A DNA stretch of 40,000 bases, taken from assembly GCA_012837285.1 (NCBI GenBank), contig DURJ01000075.1, forward strand, positions 10,023 through 50,022. Reading direction: 5' to 3'. The number at the start of each line of letters is the position of its first letter. Position 1 is the first letter of the stretch. The notes under the pieces are model-generated. The model was not told where the DNA came from, ran no database searches, and saw only the letters and a list, made by a program, of their open reading frames with translations. The DNA comes from Bacillota bacterium (GTDB lineage: Bacteria > Bacillota > DTU030 > DUMP01). The position numbers and the translations under genes were made by a program. This document shows, in pieces, positions 37,647-40,000 of the stretch.

Positions 37647-37886
37647 AGTCAATATATAAACCGCCAGTATTTCATAACAGGTCTATGTTCGTACCGTCTT
37701 TGATACAATGCAAATAAGCGATTCTTGCACTATTGCCGGTTGGCAAAGAGGCAGAAACCGCTTGATTTAAGGGCTTTCTGCTGTCATAGGCTGGCTGCGG
37801 AAGGCCTTTCTTTCGTTTGTAGATTATGCTTTGCAAGGGTATCTGCCTTGCTACTGACTCCATCACTATGGTCTTTGCACCCCCTC

Positions 37887-38579
37887 TTAGTCGGCAACCG
37901 AGGAACTGTAAATCTGCTTTGTCGATGTTACGTACGTTCTGCTTTCATCATGCAGGAGGTGGTGTTTATATTTATCGCTTGAGTTTGCCTGATTTATGAG
38001 CGTCTCTACATAGTCAAGCAAATCGTCTTTCAGCTTTTGGCGTTCTGGCTTGTCAACATACCATACCGATTTCTGACCATGTCCAACACCATTATTGCGT
38101 GCTGAGTGCAGCAACTGTTTAACACGGTCATTCCGATCAATCAGAATCGCATTTTCCACGTTGCAGACAATGTTATATTCGGCAAAGACGCTTTGCCCAT
38201 TAATTTCAATTACTCGTGTGCTTCTATCATCATTCACAGGTTCAGCGTAGACACGAGCGTGCTGATAAAAACCACAGACTATCCGACCCTCTGATTCACG
38301 GGAACAAGTGAAGACTACAAAAACATCATCAATGTAGTCTCCAAGTGCATCGTGGTTACTTGCATTCGATATTCAGGGCAGATTAATTTTCCCGTAAGGT
38401 GGTGTATATCCATAACACTTTCCGTTGTCATGCCGGAGGTTAAAAATCTCGTGGCCATATCCATTTTGCTCGACAAATCTACCACCACCCTTGAGATTTG
38501 CCTCAAGACCGTTGTATTCATCCATTTCGGTAAGGTTGATGAACACAATCTTGCTGCGGTTAATGCTTATGTTCTGCAT
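37887..38579 (-). pseudogene. Uncharacterised ~230-codon gene interrupted by a single in-frame TGA (38373-38375)
   Basis: Track ORFs 38373..38636 and 37887..38237 are in the same frame. My translation across the gap is continuous: ...GYTPPYGKINLP*ISNASNHDALGDYIDDVFVVFTCSRESEGRIVCGFYQHARVYAEPVNDDRST... The likely start is ATG 38579 (AAAGGAGA 7 nt upstream). Confidence 0.7.
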
Positions 38580-38663
38580 CGGCATTCTCCTTTTTGAATT
38601 ATATGTAACTTTTCTATATGTGCAGGAACAAGTCAATATTATCTCGCATGGTAAGTGACAAAT

Positions 38664-39496
38664 TCAATTTGCATTTAACCCGAATGCTCTGCTCCCTAAA
38701 GTCTCTTTCCACCAAGATTCGCGTTCTAAGATAATATGCTTGTCCACGCGAGCGTTGTAATACTCCAAGATTGCGTATTGAAGGTTTTGCTTAACATAAT
38801 CAAACCCGGAATCTTCAACTATTTCTTTGAGTAGCTTGTTACCTCCATGACCATTGACTACATAGTTTGACCAGCGCTGCAGAAGCATACCATTTTCACC
38901 ATATGCCGAACCGACATACTGTTTTCCGCTGCACTTGTCGGTAATAAGATAGACAGCTTTTTGTTTTTCCAAAGCTGCAACCCAATCCTTCTTATGATTA
39001 TGTACTATGGTTGAGAGCTGTTCATAAGATAATCGAACCTTGTCGTATCCCGGAAAATCTACCCCATCAAATATACTTGGTAAGATTTGCTCGACTACCA
39101 ATTCGTCTATAATATTTTTTGCATAAACAACTTGAGTTTGATGTGTTTTTCGGTATTTTACTATAACACGCCCGAAATAAGGCATATAGTCTAACAATTC
39201 TTCGCCTTCGTAATTTACTCCGTCGTTTACCCCCAGCTCCCGTGTAACCCTTTTTATAGTTGAAAGAAGCCAAGTATTCCATGACAGCTGGAAAAGGCAA
39301 AGCGCAATCTCTCCAACATTGAAGTACCGACGCTTTGCTCTCCAAAACAGCCAAATAGTATTTACATCATCGGGATTGCGGAGATAGGCTTCCATAGGCT
39401 CTATCTCACCATTATATTGATTGAATTTAACCTTTGCTCTATCTAAATCCGATTGATTTAGATGTAGTAAGTCGTTTAATAACAATGGTTTCTGCA
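38664..39496 (-). CDS. GIY-YIG nuclease-domain protein with uncharacterised N-terminal domain
   Basis: ATG 39496 with GGGAGGAG upstream, giving 277 aa. C-terminal GIY-YIG core: KAVYLITDKCSGKQYVGSAYGENGMLLQRWSNYVVNGHGGNKLL...ILEYYN...ILERESWWKETLGSRAFGLNAN. Confidence 0.8.
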
Positions 39497-39662
39497 TGAT
39501 TTCTCCTCCCAACAAGGAAATCGTACTTGCTATTCGTTGCATAAAATGAACAAAGCTTCTAATTTCAACATAATTTAAATTTCACCCCCATTTTCAATAC
39601 CAAAAATGTTATATTTCTTATTGATAACCTCACTCGCATCATCTGTAAATAAATCAGTTGTG

Positions 39663-39929
39663 TTAAGTCCATCCCTTTTCTTTGATAATTGTTATCGATA
39701 AGGTTTCCAACCACACATCTTCATTAAACTGGCTTATTGATATAGTTTTGATTTCAGGCCGCAAATAATTCTGATATTTTATTTTTAGATCGTTAGTAAT
39801 ATCAATTCTGCTATACTTCGCCTCCGCAAAAGAGTGATTTATTGCTATATAATAATGATTCCGGTGCGAAAACCAGGCCCAAATCCTGCTTCTTTCACCA
39901 AAATGGACTGCAACCAACACAATTTCCAT
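39663..39929 (-). CDS. Hypothetical 88-aa protein
   Basis: ORF only, bounded upstream by an in-frame stop. It is AT-rich and shares orientation with the GIY-YIG gene. No motif recognised. Confidence 0.35.
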   Translation of the reverse strand: MEIVLVAVHFGERSRIWAWFSHRNHYYIAINHSFAEAKYSRIDITNDLKIKYQNYLRPEIKTISISQFNEDVWLETLSITIIKEKGWT

Positions 39930-40000
39930 TTTATGGGGCCAACTACGGCTAATTTACAGTAATACTCCTGCCGTTCTGAGGGTTTTACCCTCATTTCATC

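Noticed and set aside
37643-37655. 13-nt exact repeat AACAAGTCAATAT (also at 38627-38639) as a shared promoter box for island genes
   Set aside because: Both copies carry TTGACT on the gene strand in intergenic DNA, which is suggestive. However, an exact 13-mer recurring once in 40 kb is roughly expected by chance: about 8e8 position pairs against 4^13 (about 6.7e7) possible 13-mers. I do not treat it as significant on its own.
37672-37866. 64-aa minus-strand ORF in the hairpin-rich spacer (and the antisense 85-aa ORF 37725..37982)
   Set aside because: There is no Shine-Dalgarno at a usable distance: GAGGGGG is 17 nt upstream. The sequence is low-complexity and basic, and the region is better explained by stem-loops. 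The plus-strand ORF overlaps the 3' end of the interrupted gene in antisense.
38373-38375. In-frame TGA as selenocysteine
   Set aside because: Only a weak 5-bp stem (CAAGT/ACTTG, 11-nt loop) follows the codon. The context (KINLP-U-ISNAS) has no redox-type motif, and nothing else in the island suggests a selenoprotein. A nonsense mutation or sequencing error is far more likely.
39971-39977. CCGTTCT at the right edge as a direct-repeat (att-like) partner of the 37.6-kb repeats flanking the island
   Set aside because: Only a 7-nt match, which is well within chance expectation, and there is no integrase. The adjacent GAGGGT-TTT-ACCCTC hairpin (39978-39992) has no U-tract on the gene strand.

Overview
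The window is almost entirely minus-strand coding and falls into three blocks. (A) 1-16.8 kb is an archaeal-type methanofuran/tetrahydromethanopterin (MFR/H4MPT) C1 module. It holds fwdDBA-ftr-fwdC-mch, an MtdA/B-type dehydrogenase, and H4MPT cofactor-biosynthesis genes (mptA/folE2, CitG-like, RimK-like, ATP-grasp, beta-RFAP synthase, DUF447, DUF1464-like). Inside this block sits a sigma-54 enhancer-binding regulator and a 495-aa Cys-rich protein I cannot place in any family. That protein is driven by a textbook -24/-12 promoter, and I rate it the most interesting object in the window. (B) 17-36.7 kb is ordinary housekeeping with a Firmicute/Clostridia-like flavour: thioesterase, proA, proB, pyk with a PEP-utilizer tail, dnaE, sepF, aspartate aminotransferase, class II RNR, yjbQ, HAD hydrolase, ylbF-like, LysM-BsuPI protein, queG, pckA, macro-domain protein, malic enzyme and mpg. 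(C) 36.7-40 kb is a visibly AT-richer accessory patch. Hand counts give 29 G+C in 39601-39700 and 43 in 38001-38100, against 60 of 110 in 19991-20100. It carries a GIY-YIG nuclease-domain protein, a gene split by one in-frame TGA, a YiiX-like papain-fold gene with no canonical start, and a 538-nt non-coding stretch with phased direct repeats and hairpins. I found no rRNA, tRNA, CRISPR array, transposase or integrase. All family assignments come from reading the translations and recalling motifs; no database search was possible.
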